In this document: piece after piece, positions 1 through 10,675 of the stretch | Numbering within the stretch: the stretch's first letter is position 1 | Layout: each line of letters starts with the position of its first letter | IMG/VR virus record: IMGVR_UViG_2609459854_000002 | Length of the DNA stretch: 42,050 bases | Source of the DNA: a virus | Lineage: Duplodnaviria; Heunggongvirae; Uroviricota; Caudoviricetes | Strand: one strand, 5' to 3' | Notes under the pieces: model-generated | What the model saw: the letters and a program-made list of their open reading frames with translations, nothing else | What the model was told of the DNA's origin: nothing | Databases searched by the model: none | Translations under genes and position numbers: made by a program

Positions 1-477
1 ATGAAACTCATCAGTAATGATCTGCGCGATGGCGATAAGTTGCCGCATCGTCATGTCTTTAACGGCATGGGTTACGATGGCGATAATATTTCACCGCATC
101 TGGCGTGGGATGATGTTCCTGCGGGAACGAAAAGTTTTGTCGTCACCTGCTATGACCCGGATGCGCCAACCGGCTCCGGCTGGTGGCACTGGGTAGTTGT
201 TAACTTACCCGCTGATACCCGCGTATTACCGCAAGGGTTTGGCTCTGGTCTGGTAGCAATGCCAGACGGCGTTTTGCAGACGCGTACCGACTTTGGTAAA
301 ACCGGGTACGATGGCGCAGCACCGCCGAAAGGCGAAACTCATCGCTACATTTTTACCGTTCACGCGCTGGATATAGAACGTATTGATGTCGATGAAGGTG
401 CCAGCGGCGCGATGGTCGGGTTTAACGTTCATTTCCACTCTCTGGCAAGCGCCTCGATTACTGCGATGTTTAGTTAA
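1..477 (+). CDS. ybhB: YbhB-like PEBP-family protein (host gene flanking the prophage)
   Basis: Complete 158-codon ORF from the supplied track; translation recognised from memory as E. coli YbhB; ends about 90 bp before the att core. Confidence 0.85.
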   Translation: MKLISNDLRDGDKLPHRHVFNGMGYDGDNISPHLAWDDVPAGTKSFVVTCYDPDAPTGSGWWHWVVVNLPADTRVLPQGFGSGLVAMPDGVLQTRTDFGKTGYDGAAPPKGETHRYIFTVHALDIERIDVDEGASGAMVGFNVHFHSLASASITAMFS

Positions 478-567
478 TCACTCTGCCAGATGGCGCAATG
501 CCATCTGGTATCACTTAAAGGTATTAAAAACAACTTTTTGTCTTTTTACCTTCCCGTTTCGCTCAAG

Positions 568-582
568 TTAGTATAAAAAAGC
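568..582. repeat. attR core (P-O-B' junction); 15-bp lambda-type core
   Basis: Sequence TTAGTATAAAAAAGC on + strand (reverse complement GCTTTTTTATACTAA); flanked on host side by CTTGAGCG (lambda B' arm-like) and on phage side by sequence resembling the lambda P arm. Confidence 0.85.
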
Positions 583-728
583 TGTACGTGAAACATCAAA
601 AACCATTAATATCAATATGTTACAATATCTTTGGTCTAAAAAATAGACTGCAAAATGCGACAAAACACAACATACCCAGTCACTATGAATCAACTACTTA
701 GATAGTATTAGTGACCTGTAACAGAGCA

Positions 729-770
729 TTAGCGCAAGGCGATTTTTTGTCCTCTTGCGCTAATTTTTTG
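729..770 (+). terminator. Hairpin plus T-run, positionally equivalent to lambda tI / sib retroregulator
   Basis: 10-bp stem TTAGCGCAAG / CTTGCGCTAA (729..738 and 754..763) followed by TTTTTTG; lies about 150 nt beyond the att core on the strand that an int-sense transcript would read in the circular phage. Assignment as sib/tI is inference from position. Confidence 0.5.
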
Positions 771-855
771 TCAACACACTGGGTTAGCTGAATTTACAAC
801 CATGCTCAGTATCTCGATAAGCGCAGAGAAATGATGCAATGGTGGGCGGACTGGC

Positions 856-891
856 TTGATGAAAAGGTGGAGTGATCCACCTTTTCATCAA
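856..891. repeat. Perfect 16-bp inverted repeat with 4-nt loop
   Basis: TTGATGAAAAGGTGGA gtga TCCACCTTTTCATCAA read directly; sits between the tI-like hairpin and the 3' end of the acyltransferase gene; no clean U-run on either strand. Confidence 0.6.
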
Positions 892-938
892 TTAAATATA
901 TTTGCAATAAAATAACCAAGAGGCACTATAAAATAACT

Positions 939-2048
939 CTAACTACACTTCGCAGTTAATTTATCACCTCTAAACTTTCTCCAATAACCTCTTATTATTT
1001 TATTTGAAGGCACTTCTATAACCTTGAATGAGATTATTGATACAATAATAGAAACCAATAAAGAAAATGCTATATACATTAACATCTCACACAAATTATC
1101 AGTGTCAGGGTTTAATATCTTAGTTATTACCTGTATTATCATCCAATGGAAAATGTAAAATGAGAAAGAGGCTTCACCAAGCAAAACCATAAATCTATTT
1201 TTAAGTATCTTAGATAAGACGCCACCATTAAAAGCAAATGCAATAACTATAAACGCCATGCAAGGGATATATAGAACATCATATTTTATGTTCATATATG
1301 TGATATAGTTTGTTGCTACATATATTGTCAAAAACAATGACAACACCGATGCGATCTCAAGTATACTGCAAACAGTATAGTTGATTTTTACATCACTATT
1401 AATAAACACCCTACAGATCAGCATTCCTATAATGAAATCGCCAATTCTAAATGATGGATTTATATAAAACAACCAATGCTGTGATATAGCTGATGGTGGA
1501 TTAATTAAATAATAAAAATTAATCGCAAGCACAAATAATAGCACACAAGTTAAATGCTTTGTCTTTAGCCTTGTTAATAAGCAAAATGCAACGTAGAAAA
1601 ACATCTCACATGAGATGCTCCATGAAACGGAATTAAAGGAAAAGTAATAATCCTGTAATGGAATAAATGATTGTAGTAATAATATATTTGAAATAAGCAT
1701 TCCATTATTAATACCATCAATACCCTTACCATGCATAAATATTAAAATAAAACAAATAAGCGCCACTATATGCACAGGGAATATTCTTGCAATCCTGTAT
1801 ACAATAAAATCTTTATTGCTAAATCTCTCTTTTTTTATATGATTTGTGAAGCTATAGTTTATAATGAAACCTGAAAGAATGTAGAAAAACGTTACACCTA
1901 TGTAACCGTTAAAAAAATACTTTGCCGCAGTATTAAACATACCAATAGATGATTGAGATAATAACCCAAGGTGACTAACGAAAACACCAAGGGCTGCAAA
2001 CATTCTCAACGATGTAAGACTTTGAATTATATTGCCTTTATTATTCAT
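939..2048 (-). CDS. Acyltransferase family 3 integral membrane protein (O-antigen acetylase-like lysogenic conversion candidate)
   Basis: 369-aa ORF, visibly AT-rich relative to neighbours; many hydrophobic segments; N-terminal region LTSLRMFAALGVFVSHL resembles the conserved start of acyltransferase-3 (Oac-like) proteins. Family call from memory. Confidence 0.7.
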   Translation of the reverse strand: MNNKGNIIQSLTSLRMFAALGVFVSHLGLLSQSSIGMFNTAAKYFFNGYIGVTFFYILSGFIINYSFTNHIKKERFSNKDFIVYRIARIFPVHIVALICFILIFMHGKGIDGINNGMLISNILLLQSFIPLQDYYFSFNSVSWSISCEMFFYVAFCLLTRLKTKHLTCVLLFVLAINFYYLINPPSAISQHWLFYINPSFRIGDFIIGMLICRVFINSDVKINYTVCSILEIASVLSLFLTIYVATNYITYMNIKYDVLYIPCMAFIVIAFAFNGGVLSKILKNRFMVLLGEASFSFYIFHWMIIQVITKILNPDTDNLCEMLMYIAFSLLVSIIVSIISFKVIEVPSNKIIRGYWRKFRGDKLTAKCS

Positions 2049-2118
2049 AACTCTGCCGGAATGGTTGAATTTCCCGGCAGGTTAGATTAACACATTAGCT
2101 ATGTCAATGTTTCTATTG

Positions 2119-3915
2119 TTAGAACTCCTTCACATCTGCGCCAGAAGACACGCTCCAGATCGAAACAGGCGACCCGTTTACACCTATTAACCTTGCTTTC
2201 AACCCATTTCCGCTTGCTCTTGGTACGGTTAAATTTGCAACAGATGGATTTATAGCCCAATCTCCACCATTTAATATGACACTCATTTCAACTACGCCAC
2301 CATTATCAATATCTATTATAGGTGTTTGCACTACCGGGCTTTGTTGATCAATTGGCAGAAAGCCATTGACAATAATAGATGGTCTGAATGATGGGTTTCC
2401 CTGAACGCTAACACGAAGTTGCCCACCCTTAACAAATTCTGTTGCACAAGTATTCATGACAATGCAATACGGATTTACAAAATCAAATGCATAGCAAATT
2501 GACTCCCCATCCATTGGCGTGCAGTTTTCAGCAGTACAATTGGTCATGGTAGTATATTGCATTCCTGACATTCTAAATGACAACTGGTAACCGTTAACCT
2601 GAACAAGGCGCATATCCATAGAAGTGCCTATTACTTTTATTTGACCATCCCTAAAATCTTCAAATAAAACTCCAGCATATCCTTTCCCTGGATATTGTGG
2701 GAAACCGACCATTTCCATTACGCCAGAGAACGGCACATAAGAGAAGCATCCGATATAAGCACATTCAAAAATTGACTGTCTGATAACTGGTGCTGCTGAT
2801 TTTCCTAAAAACAGTCCGTAATAATTTCTATAAGAATCTACGTTTTCTTGTGTTAAGCCAAGCCTTCTAAACATGCAGTTTTCAACTCTACCGTTAACAC
2901 AAAATGAACTCATTGAGTTATCTGTTAGATCCCATTGCTTTGGTATAAAAGCACATAATGCATCCACCTGAAGAATTACTTCTCCATTTTTTGTGAGATC
3001 TATTTTGTCATTTGTTGTTTTATAAAAAACTGTCGCTTCAGCCTTTCCCTGTCCTCTAATTCCCATATTGTCATAAATTGGGATTGTTTTTGATGTATTT
3101 ATGTTTCCAGCAGGAGCCTCTAGAATGCATTTGTTTGAGCGGGCAAAGTTAGTTGCAAGAGTTATAGCTGTTGCGTTATCTGTGACTCCGTCAGGTTTCA
3201 CCCCCCAAAATTGCATGTCGTAAGTGGTAAAATTAATTCGTCTCCATACCATCGTTCCAGTTTCTGGCTTGATTACAATTCCACCATCATCAGCCCACGC
3301 CTGAATGTTATCAACAGACTCGAAAAAGCCGCCACCAAGGTGGTTTTCAGCATGTGTAGTGCTAGCTGCTGATGCTACGTATACAATCTGCCCCGCCTCC
3401 TCTGGAACACAGGAGCGAAGCTCTGAAAGATTGAGAAAGCGGCCAATAGCGTTAAATCCTGTTTTATCAATTAATGAATCATGTGTAGCTTTCAAGATCT
3501 CCAGCTCAATCTTTACGGTTGTGCCTCCATAACCAACCAGAGATGCGCCATCAGGGCCAGAAAGCTCAGCCCTTAACTGGTCTGGAGAATATTTCAGTAG
3601 ATCAGGATAATAGAATTGTTGTGCGCCATACGCATCATATACAGCCATGGAGTGATTCTGTACAGTTACGAACTTGGCAATCTGTCCGTTATATACCGGA
3701 TATCCAGCAGCGTTAATGATGATTGGTTGAGAAACAGGAACGTGCGAGCCGTCTTCGTTCTCTACATAAACCTGAATCTGGTTTTCTGGATTTACCGGGT
3801 CAGTGTCAACCTGACCGATATAAATTTTGCCATTGGCTACGGCTTTAAAAGAACGCGCCATAGTGAAGAGTTGCGAAGGCATCGATACGATCACATTGGC
3901 TGTAATGTCTGTCAT
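2119..3915 (-). CDS. Tailspike protein (P22 gp9-like head-binding domain, distinct receptor-binding body)
   Basis: 598-aa ORF; first ~110 residues ([59 protein letters not shown]...) closely match the P22 tailspike N-terminus as I recall it; the remainder does not match the P22 endorhamnosidase domain. Confidence 0.85.
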   Translation of the reverse strand: MTDITANVIVSMPSQLFTMARSFKAVANGKIYIGQVDTDPVNPENQIQVYVENEDGSHVPVSQPIIINAAGYPVYNGQIAKFVTVQNHSMAVYDAYGAQQFYYPDLLKYSPDQLRAELSGPDGASLVGYGGTTVKIELEILKATHDSLIDKTGFNAIGRFLNLSELRSCVPEEAGQIVYVASAASTTHAENHLGGGFFESVDNIQAWADDGGIVIKPETGTMVWRRINFTTYDMQFWGVKPDGVTDNATAITLATNFARSNKCILEAPAGNINTSKTIPIYDNMGIRGQGKAEATVFYKTTNDKIDLTKNGEVILQVDALCAFIPKQWDLTDNSMSSFCVNGRVENCMFRRLGLTQENVDSYRNYYGLFLGKSAAPVIRQSIFECAYIGCFSYVPFSGVMEMVGFPQYPGKGYAGVLFEDFRDGQIKVIGTSMDMRLVQVNGYQLSFRMSGMQYTTMTNCTAENCTPMDGESICYAFDFVNPYCIVMNTCATEFVKGGQLRVSVQGNPSFRPSIIVNGFLPIDQQSPVVQTPIIDIDNGGVVEMSVILNGGDWAINPSVANLTVPRASGNGLKARLIGVNGSPVSIWSVSSGADVKEF

Positions 3916-4015
3916 TTAATTTGCTCCAGATACAAGGAATCGCCGCAGCATGGCTACGGTGAATTTTGGGCATAAAAAAACCCAGCCGAAGCTGGGTCGT
4001 TGCGTTGGTTATCTG

Positions 4016-4507
4016 TCAGTAGTTATGTACTGAAGGAGGTAATTCTTTATTCTTAAGTCTCATCCATGCGGAAAGATTCGTTGGTCCGTCTGGCTCATTA
4101 ATATCAACATCTCGTGTGTGGTTTATTAAAACGTCTCTCGCCATTCCGATAACATACGAGAATTCATGACCGTAGTCGTAGCATCTGCCGGAATAGTTCG
4201 ATTGAATTTGTTTTAATGCCGGATACAGTTCGCGGAATAATGCCTGTGAACGGTTAGCATAATCCCATAGCCATACAAGGCTGTTTGCTTCTTTTGCAGA
4301 AAGCTCGTTGGTTTTCTTCTCTTGTTTGCCGATGAACTCACCTTCAAGCACTACCCTGTGGATGTACTCTACGGCCAGCGGGATTTGTTCAATTGAAAGT
4401 TCATCAATGCTGTCAATACCAAAACGCTGATGAACCATATTGTATGCATCGTCATAGCGAAGTCCTTTCTTTCCTAAACAAAAAACCCACCTGACGGTGG
4501 GTTTCAT
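4016..4507 (-). CDS. Hypothetical protein (start uncertain; possible internal start near 4438)
   Basis: 163-codon ORF; its first ~10 codons are the terminator hairpin at 4475..4504, so the true start may be the in-frame ATG at 4438, which lacks a clear SD. No family recognised. Confidence 0.45.
   Translation of the reverse strand: MKPTVRWVFCLGKKGLRYDDAYNMVHQRFGIDSIDELSIEQIPLAVEYIHRVVLEGEFIGKQEKKTNELSAKEANSLVWLWDYANRSQALFRELYPALKQIQSNYSGRCYDYGHEFSYVIGMARDVLINHTRDVDINEPDGPTNLSAWMRLKNKELPPSVHNY
4475..4504 (-). terminator. Rho-independent terminator-like hairpin after the 322-aa gene
   Basis: On the minus strand AACCCACC gtca GGTGGGTT followed by TTTTTTGTTT, immediately downstream of the stop codon at 4510..4512. 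Confidence 0.55.
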
Positions 4508-4509
4508 AA

Positions 4510-5478
4510 TTAGATTTCTGGTTTCATTCTTCCGAAAACCTTTTCTATTCCTTTTTCGTATTCTTCTCTTGTCTCACTCATCGCTGCGACACCAAGAAGC
4601 TTACCGATATGCTGACGCAAAGCCTTGACACCAATTTCAGAAAGGAACAGATGCAACTTATCAGATTGTTTTCCGTTCTCGTCTCGGCTGGCTCGAATCT
4701 GTTCAAGGATTTTACCTTTACTCTTTGCTAGCGGGGTGTATATCTGCATGTTGGTTAGCTGCCCAAAACGAATAGGCCGTCCTTTCTCTGGCCTATTCAG
4801 GCCGTACAGTCGATACCACTCCTCGTATAGCTCATCTGGAAATTCCTTTTCATATTGACGAGCCTCTTCACGAACAAACGCTTTGAACTCGTCAATGACA
4901 GCCTGAACTTCTGGACGATAACCAGCAAGCGCATACGCAACCCCCTTAATTCCCGCCTTAGCGGAGGCATTAATAAGTCTCTGTGCTGCGGCGGCTGCCT
5001 TTAACCGTGATTGTGGTAGATCGTCATTATCTTTGGCTTCTATTAGTGCCCTACCAATATCAACAATTGCTGTAATGTCATAACCTAACGCTTGATGAAC
5101 GGTTTTAGACTTCGAAGTAAGTTGAAATTTATAGGGATTTTCCATTTTTCGCTGCAATTCTAGATCTCGGTATTTGCTCATATACTGAGCGCCAAGCAGT
5201 TGATCTAAATCCCTGGCATGTTCACCAATCCCTAGCAACTGAGATAATCCAGTTTTCGTAACAACGACAGTTTTCGACTCGTCATCCAGTACATAACATT
5301 CAGCATCAATGCCAAAATCATCTAAAAAGTTACCACGATGAGTTGCCCTGAGAATCTTACTTTTCCATCTTGCAGCAGCTGCTTTCTTTGCTATTTCAGA
5401 ACGCTGCTCTTTAGTCAGCGACTTTGCGCGAGCGATCCCGCCCTTAGCTTTCCCTTCGCCACTTTTCTTTTCAGTCAT
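4510..5478 (-). CDS. Hypothetical protein with lysine/alanine-rich N-terminal region (possibly P63C-domain-like; unverified)
   Basis: ORF in track 4510..5541; first ATG in frame at 5478 ([38 protein letters not shown]...). Occupies the position of the arc-ant genes of P22 immI between gene 16 and tailspike. Confidence 0.5.
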   Translation of the reverse strand: MTEKKSGEGKAKGGIARAKSLTKEQRSEIAKKAAAARWKSKILRATHRGNFLDDFGIDAECYVLDDESKTVVVTKTGLSQLLGIGEHARDLDQLLGAQYMSKYRDLELQRKMENPYKFQLTSKSKTVHQALGYDITAIVDIGRALIEAKDNDDLPQSRLKAAAAAQRLINASAKAGIKGVAYALAGYRPEVQAVIDEFKAFVREEARQYEKEFPDELYEEWYRLYGLNRPEKGRPIRFGQLTNMQIYTPLAKSKGKILEQIRASRDENGKQSDKLHLFLSEIGVKALRQHIGKLLGVAAMSETREEYEKGIEKVFGRMKPEI

Positions 5479-5634
5479 AATGCAAGCACCTTTGTTGTGA
5501 TGTATGCTTGCATTATATACACTGTACACACATACAAGCAAGCATAAAACTAAAACAAAATGCTTGCATTACAACCGCGCTACTCCAACTACACATTATC
5601 ATCTGGTATCCTGCTCAAAACTAAGGAGGTTGGT
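5479..5634. promoter_or_regulatory. Divergent control region with repeated palindromic operator-like motifs
   Basis: GCTTGCATTA-type motif read three times (5481..5490 minus-strand sense, 5505..5515, 5561..5570) plus a related CAAGCAAGCAT at 5535..5545; lies between the divergently oriented genes 4510..5478 and 5635..5964. Confidence 0.5.
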
Positions 5635-5964
5635 GTGCTTGAATGGTTTCTGTTGGCTGCATTAGTCGTTTCTGGTTTGGTGTATGAGTATCGAATGCAC
5701 TCTCTAACAAAAAAAATAGGAATTCTAGAAAACGAATATTGTGCTCTCAAATCCTCACTGGAACGTGAGCAAGGGGACTTAAAAATCTCTCTGTCTAGCA
5801 TTGAGCGTTCTATAGAGAGCTTAGAGGATAAGGTTGATCGTATAAAGAATGAGGATATTCATGATATTAAGGACGACATATCCTTCTTAAAATCTTGGTT
5901 GAAAAATGTTGGGAAAATTGCCACATCAACACGAGATAAGCTCAATCCATCCATGGATGACTAA
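5635..5964 (+). CDS. Hypothetical small membrane-anchored coiled-coil protein
   Basis: GTG at 5635 preceded by AAGGAGG (SD); an alternative ATG at 5560 lacks an SD. Predicted N-terminal hydrophobic helix (LEWFLLAALVVSGLVY) followed by charged heptad-like sequence; AT-rich; converges tail-to-tail on the gp16-like gene. Confidence 0.4.
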   Translation: MLEWFLLAALVVSGLVYEYRMHSLTKKIGILENEYCALKSSLEREQGDLKISLSSIERSIESLEDKVDRIKNEDIHDIKDDISFLKSWLKNVGKIATSTRDKLNPSMDD

Positions 5965-8124
5965 TTACTCCTGTGCCATTCCGCTTAGCGATGCCACAAT
6001 TCCAGCTCTTGCTAAACGCTGGAACCCTTCGTTTCCTAGTGCCTCGCGTATTGCTTTTACGGCGGCCTTATTTGCCATAAATCTGCGTTCCGCCGCCGCT
6101 AATGCTTCTTTACTTCCGCCTGCTCTTACTGCTTTGGTGGCTTCCTGAACAGCTTTCTCTATCGCATATCGGCCACTACGTGTGGTGGCAATTTTAGATA
6201 CAGCGCCTTTTAACCCAGCGCCAACTAAAGCACCCGCGGCAGCGCCTGCAATACCCCCTCCAGCGCCACCAACAATGGCACCTGATGTTGAGTTGGCAAT
6301 TGCATTTAACACTGTTGATGTGACGTTGGATAAACCAGCATCCAGATCGCGTAGTACATTGGCAGTTCTCCCTGTTCTTTCAATATACTGCTGAGGTTTC
6401 ACTGCTGCTCTTGCAAGAGTGCCATATGCATCAGCAATTCTTCCGAGTTCTGAGGAATATCTGCTAATGGCTTTTACATTTTGTGGGGTAAGTATCCTTG
6501 CGATATGGTTAATTCCTGCTGCATCAGCTTTGCCACCACGTACACCATGCGAGATAGCGTCTTGCAACATTGATGATATAGCAGGAACACGCTCTGATTC
6601 TGGCAGCGCGCGGATCATAGAATGGAATCCAGCAGGACCATTAAGACCTTTAGCTGACGATGATTGAAGGGATTTTACTCCATTCGTAATCAGTGCATCT
6701 GTTGCCAAATCACGCCCGAAAACAGACTCTGCACTCTCTTGTGCTGATAACCTCGCTTTAGACAGATCATTAGCTTTCTGCCAGTCATCAAGAAATCCGC
6801 CGTTTTCCGCCATTGTGCGCATATCATCAGTAATTGCCCGGCGTATTTCCCCTGCTCTCCTTGCCGCATTTGCCTCTCCGCTACGCTTATATTTTTGCTC
6901 CGCATCAGCAAATTTCGCTCTCCATGCTTTCATGCCATCAAATGTTACTCCACCTTGATTGTTTGCCTGAACAAACTGTTTCATTTCAGGAGTAAGCGGT
7001 ATGCCAGCAGATCGCTCTGCCTGAATAACGGCATTACCATTTAGCATTCTTGCTTTTTGATTTGGCATTGTTGACCGCACGTCATCCCATGCCGCGCGCT
7101 CGGCATCCTTCATCTGATCAAGATTTTGAAGAATCCTTTGTTTTATAGCCGCACTTTTTTCTGATGCCGTTCCAGATGCGGCCCCAAATTCATCAAGGTT
7201 TCGACTTAACTTTGATGATATTTCGTTAAATGCTGCCTGATGGGCGTCCTGAACAATTCCTGGTGTTGATGCCAATGCGCCTTCGGCTTGTGCAATTCCA
7301 CGACTTCCAGATCGCATTCCTGGTGTTAATGCGTTTATATCAATTCCAGCAGACTCAGCCGCTTTTGCTACATCTTCGGACACATTAGCAGCCTGACTGG
7401 CAATTGACTGACGCCCAGCACCTGACTTTGCCATCCTGGAAACATCATTAGCAGAATTCAGTGCTGTACCACCAAGAGCCTGTGAAACCCTTGGCGCAAT
7501 AACGCGCCCGACACCTGAAAGAACGCCTTGAGCACCAATATTGATACCACCGTTAATGGCAGCATTTTGTGCAAAATCGCCCTCCTGATTTGCAGCATCA
7601 GCAAGAGAACCTGCAATCATGTTTCCTGCGGAACCGATGTCTCCTGCGAGCTTTGCTGGCGCTCCAGCAGCTTTTGCCGCTGTGCCAATTGGCAGGAGAT
7701 ACCCACCAATTGTTTCACCGGCTTGCGCGTAAGGGTCTGTCGGTCGATCGACTGGACGATAGACATCATCCAATACTTTTGGCCCACCAAGCCCCTGACT
7801 GATTGCATTAATCAGACTTGCGCCACCCTGCAATACGTCAAATGGTATGTTTACCAGACCACGACCAGCCTGTTCTGCAATTTGCCCTGCACTTTGACCA
7901 CCAGTGAGCCAATCGCCAGCTTGTTGCATCAATGATGGTTCTTCTTTCTGCTGCTGAGGCGGAGGGTATGCTGCATAAAACTGATCTCTTGCTTCAGCCC
8001 ATTTGTCACCAGCCTTAGGGGCAACAACCTCATCAAAATATTGCGCTTGAGCCTGTGCTTTCTGTTCTTCAGTTAACGCCTGATACTGTGGAGAGGCGAT
8101 AACATCTTTCCATGCTTTAGCCAT
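5965..8124 (-). CDS. Ejection (DNA transfer) protein, P22 gp16-like
   Basis: 719-aa Ala/Gly/Gln-rich ORF at the end of the gp7-gp20-gp16 series; assignment by synteny and composition. Confidence 0.7.
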   Translation of the reverse strand: MAKAWKDVIASPQYQALTEEQKAQAQAQYFDEVVAPKAGDKWAEARDQFYAAYPPPQQQKEEPSLMQQAGDWLTGGQSAGQIAEQAGRGLVNIPFDVLQGGASLINAISQGLGGPKVLDDVYRPVDRPTDPYAQAGETIGGYLLPIGTAAKAAGAPAKLAGDIGSAGNMIAGSLADAANQEGDFAQNAAINGGINIGAQGVLSGVGRVIAPRVSQALGGTALNSANDVSRMAKSGAGRQSIASQAANVSEDVAKAAESAGIDINALTPGMRSGSRGIAQAEGALASTPGIVQDAHQAAFNEISSKLSRNLDEFGAASGTASEKSAAIKQRILQNLDQMKDAERAAWDDVRSTMPNQKARMLNGNAVIQAERSAGIPLTPEMKQFVQANNQGGVTFDGMKAWRAKFADAEQKYKRSGEANAARRAGEIRRAITDDMRTMAENGGFLDDWQKANDLSKARLSAQESAESVFGRDLATDALITNGVKSLQSSSAKGLNGPAGFHSMIRALPESERVPAISSMLQDAISHGVRGGKADAAGINHIARILTPQNVKAISRYSSELGRIADAYGTLARAAVKPQQYIERTGRTANVLRDLDAGLSNVTSTVLNAIANSTSGAIVGGAGGGIAGAAAGALVGAGLKGAVSKIATTRSGRYAIEKAVQEATKAVRAGGSKEALAAAERRFMANKAAVKAIREALGNEGFQRLARAGIVASLSGMAQE

Positions 8125-9512
8125 TAATCACCCCATAGTGAAGAAAAGTTACTGCTGGCTGCTGGCTGTGATACCTGTGCAGGTTGAGATTGCTGCCGCT
8201 GAGATTTACCAACATTAACGTTATATTGTTGGTTGTAATTGTTGGTGTATTCCTGAATCTCACGAATCGACTGCTGCATAGCCTCCGGGCTTGAATAGTC
8301 AACCTGCGGCATCCCCTGAAAATACATCTTCGCTTCTGCAACGGTGTTAATACCACTGGCACCCATGTCCCTTGCTGCCGCCACACCCTGATTCTGCATT
8401 CTGCCCTGAATACGTTGTGCTGAGTTATATAACTGGCGCTGCTCTTTTCCCGTTAATCGGCTGCGAACATCAGCACCAATTGCTGGATTACCTGCACCAC
8501 CTGTCATTCCTGTCATGAAATCGAGAGCAGAAGCGTCTGCATTTGCGATCGCGTCGATATCCTTCTTCATGGCATAGTTTTGTGCTGATGCAGACGATGT
8601 TGCAGGCGCAGCGATTGAACTGGCAGGGACGCGAACCATATTCCCATCGTTGTCGATGCCTTCGTAGAACGCATTAGCCCCAGCGCCATGAAGCTTCCCG
8701 CCTACCGTTACAGTTCTGCCATCTGATAACTGAACTGTACGCTCATCATTCCCAGCGATTCCTCTTGTTGACGCTCGCTGCATTGCCAAATCCTGACCTC
8801 GTCGCGCAGTAGAAGCAGATAAGTCCTGACCGCGCATCGTGATGTTCTGGCCTCGTGCTGTTAGCGCCTCGCCAGCCTGATTGCTGCGGATTGTCTCTGC
8901 AAGTTTCCCGCGATCAATCTCACGACCAGCCATCTTGTCCTGAACATTGAAGTAATCAATTGGACCAAGAGCAGCCATTCCAAGGTGATCAACAAACTCA
9001 CCAAATCCTGAAGGGTTCTGCTGATACATCTGAGCAACGCTGTTAGGGTCAACACCGACGCGAGTCAGTTCCTTGGCGTTGTTTTGCAGCCATGATTGCA
9101 TTGCTTCTGGAGACGATGACGCAAGGCGTGCGCCAGCCGCTAAGGTGCCGATAGAATTACGCTGGTCTTCATCAATGAATCCCATGCCTTTACGAACGGA
9201 TTCAATCTGTTCTGGATATTGAGTAGCCAACTGACGCAAAGCACCGCGATCACCAGACGCATAAGCATTAGCGTATGCCTGCTGAAATTCTTTCTGCCGC
9301 TGAGCCTGCTTTTCCTGCTGAAACACCCCCGCAATACCTGAAAGGCCTTGCAAAGCAGTCAGCCCAACATTGTTAGCGCCTGAACGCTCAATATCATTGT
9401 TCTGCCTGATAAGCTGAAGCGTATTGCCGATGTCATTTACGCTCGGAGCGTTTGAGTTGACGCCGCCGATACCAGCCAACAATCCGCCGTTTGTTCCTTG
9501 CCAAGTAGCCAT
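8124..9512 (-). CDS. Ejection protein, P22 gp20-like
   Basis: 462-aa ORF (P22 gp20 is about 471 aa) in conserved order between gp7-like and gp16-like genes. Confidence 0.7.
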   Translation of the reverse strand: MATWQGTNGGLLAGIGGVNSNAPSVNDIGNTLQLIRQNNDIERSGANNVGLTALQGLSGIAGVFQQEKQAQRQKEFQQAYANAYASGDRGALRQLATQYPEQIESVRKGMGFIDEDQRNSIGTLAAGARLASSSPEAMQSWLQNNAKELTRVGVDPNSVAQMYQQNPSGFGEFVDHLGMAALGPIDYFNVQDKMAGREIDRGKLAETIRSNQAGEALTARGQNITMRGQDLSASTARRGQDLAMQRASTRGIAGNDERTVQLSDGRTVTVGGKLHGAGANAFYEGIDNDGNMVRVPASSIAAPATSSASAQNYAMKKDIDAIANADASALDFMTGMTGGAGNPAIGADVRSRLTGKEQRQLYNSAQRIQGRMQNQGVAAARDMGASGINTVAEAKMYFQGMPQVDYSSPEAMQQSIREIQEYTNNYNQQYNVNVGKSQRQQSQPAQVSQPAASSNFSSLWGD

Positions 9513-9521
9513 GATTACCCC

Positions 9522-10214
9522 TTAAAACAACGAGCCAAGCAATCCGATACCAGCACCAATGCCAGCGCCCCAAGGCGTTGATGTTCCCAAAAGGCTGGCA
9601 AGACCTGCACCGGCAATCGCACCAGACGTGCCACCGCTAATTGCAGTCTGAAGACTTGATGGTTTATTGGCATTAGCAGCGGCAAGTGCTGCGCTTTGCT
9701 GTGCAATGCTGCTCATGTTGTTGGCGTACGTCTGCCCGGCGTTTGCCTGACCTTGCAGCGCACCAAGCCCAACGTTTGCCAGATTGTTGTAATTGCTCAT
9801 CTGGTTTGATAACCAAGACTGACCGAGTGTCGGCGCGATCGTAGCCAGTTGATTGCTTGTGGCTGTCGAACCAAGTCCACCCGTCGCCTCCGCAGCAGCA
9901 AGACTCTGGTAACGCGCCTGACCTGCAAGGTCTTTATACTGCTGAGAGTTGTAATACTGATTAAGTGCCTGCCCCTGACCTTCTAAACTGGAAAGATTCT
10001 GCAACTGGTTAACATACTGCTCCGCAAGAGGCGTGAACGGAGCAAGGTTTTTCATGATCGTCTGCCACTGCTGATTTTGCAGGTCTGCTGCATACTTCTG
10101 AGCTTCTGCGGCATACTTTGCGCTTTTATCAGAACTGCCACCTTTTCCACCCTTTTCAGGGCAATAAGGTTCCTCGCCGCGCAGTTTTCTGCCCAGCTTA
10201 AATGCATATAACAT
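9522..10214 (-). CDS. Ejection protein, P22 gp7-like
   Basis: 230-aa ORF starting MLYAFKLGRKLRGEEPYCPEKGGKGG, matching size and position of P22 gp7. Confidence 0.7.
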   Translation of the reverse strand: MLYAFKLGRKLRGEEPYCPEKGGKGGSSDKSAKYAAEAQKYAADLQNQQWQTIMKNLAPFTPLAEQYVNQLQNLSSLEGQGQALNQYYNSQQYKDLAGQARYQSLAAAEATGGLGSTATSNQLATIAPTLGQSWLSNQMSNYNNLANVGLGALQGQANAGQTYANNMSSIAQQSAALAAANANKPSSLQTAISGGTSGAIAGAGLASLLGTSTPWGAGIGAGIGLLGSLF

Positions 10215-10216
10215 GG

Positions 10217-10675
10217 CTATCTCCCGTGATTCAGGAAGTCGATTAGTTCTTCGCGTGTGGCGCTGTAAAAAGTCACGTCATCCACACCTTTAAAGTATTT
10301 CTTGATGGTTCCTACACGCTTAAGGCCAATCATTGCGCAGTAAATCTGCCCGTGGCGGAATTTGCGTGCGGCGAACGATGTGACGCACTGAACGGTGGTG
10401 TTAGTCAGAATGTATCGCCAGAACGCCAGCCCGATTTCCTTGCTGAAGCCGCGAATCTCTGGCAGGTACATGGCGTGGCAATCGAATGTCAGCGGCTGAA
10501 TCTCCTGATAGTAAACAATGCCGCCGAACTGCCCGTGCACGTTCACCTCAAAGTAACGGCAATCAGGTTTGTAGTCGTATCCATCACCGTTGTTGCTCCC
10601 GGCGATAATGTCAGGGTGATTTCCTACCGCTTCGATCAGGTCGATGTTTCGCGTTGGTTTGAACTGAATCATCAC
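10217..10675 (-). CDS. Head completion / ejection-associated protein, P22 gp14-like
   Basis: 152-aa ORF in the gp14 position between tail needle and gp7-like gene. Confidence 0.65.
   Translation of the reverse strand: MMIQFKPTRNIDLIEAVGNHPDIIAGSNNGDGYDYKPDCRYFEVNVHGQFGGIVYYQEIQPLTFDCHAMYLPEIRGFSKEIGLAFWRYILTNTTVQCVTSFAARKFRHGQIYCAMIGLKRVGTIKKYFKGVDDVTFYSATREELIDFLNHGR

Noticed and set aside
3305-3975. Plus-strand ORFs (3305..3532, 3519..3716, 3616..3975) inside the tailspike gene, and similar antisense ORFs inside portal, ejection and terminase genes (e.g. 7528..7935, 17366..18541, 19402..20541)
   Set aside because: They lie wholly within well-supported genes on the opposite strand, lack ribosome-binding sites, and are typical shadow ORFs of a six-frame translation.
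5560-5634. Upstream ATG (5560) as start of the plus-strand gene in the immI-position cluster
   Set aside because: The ATG lies inside an operator-like repeat with no SD, while the in-frame GTG at 5635 follows a perfect AAGGAGG; the longer form cannot be excluded.
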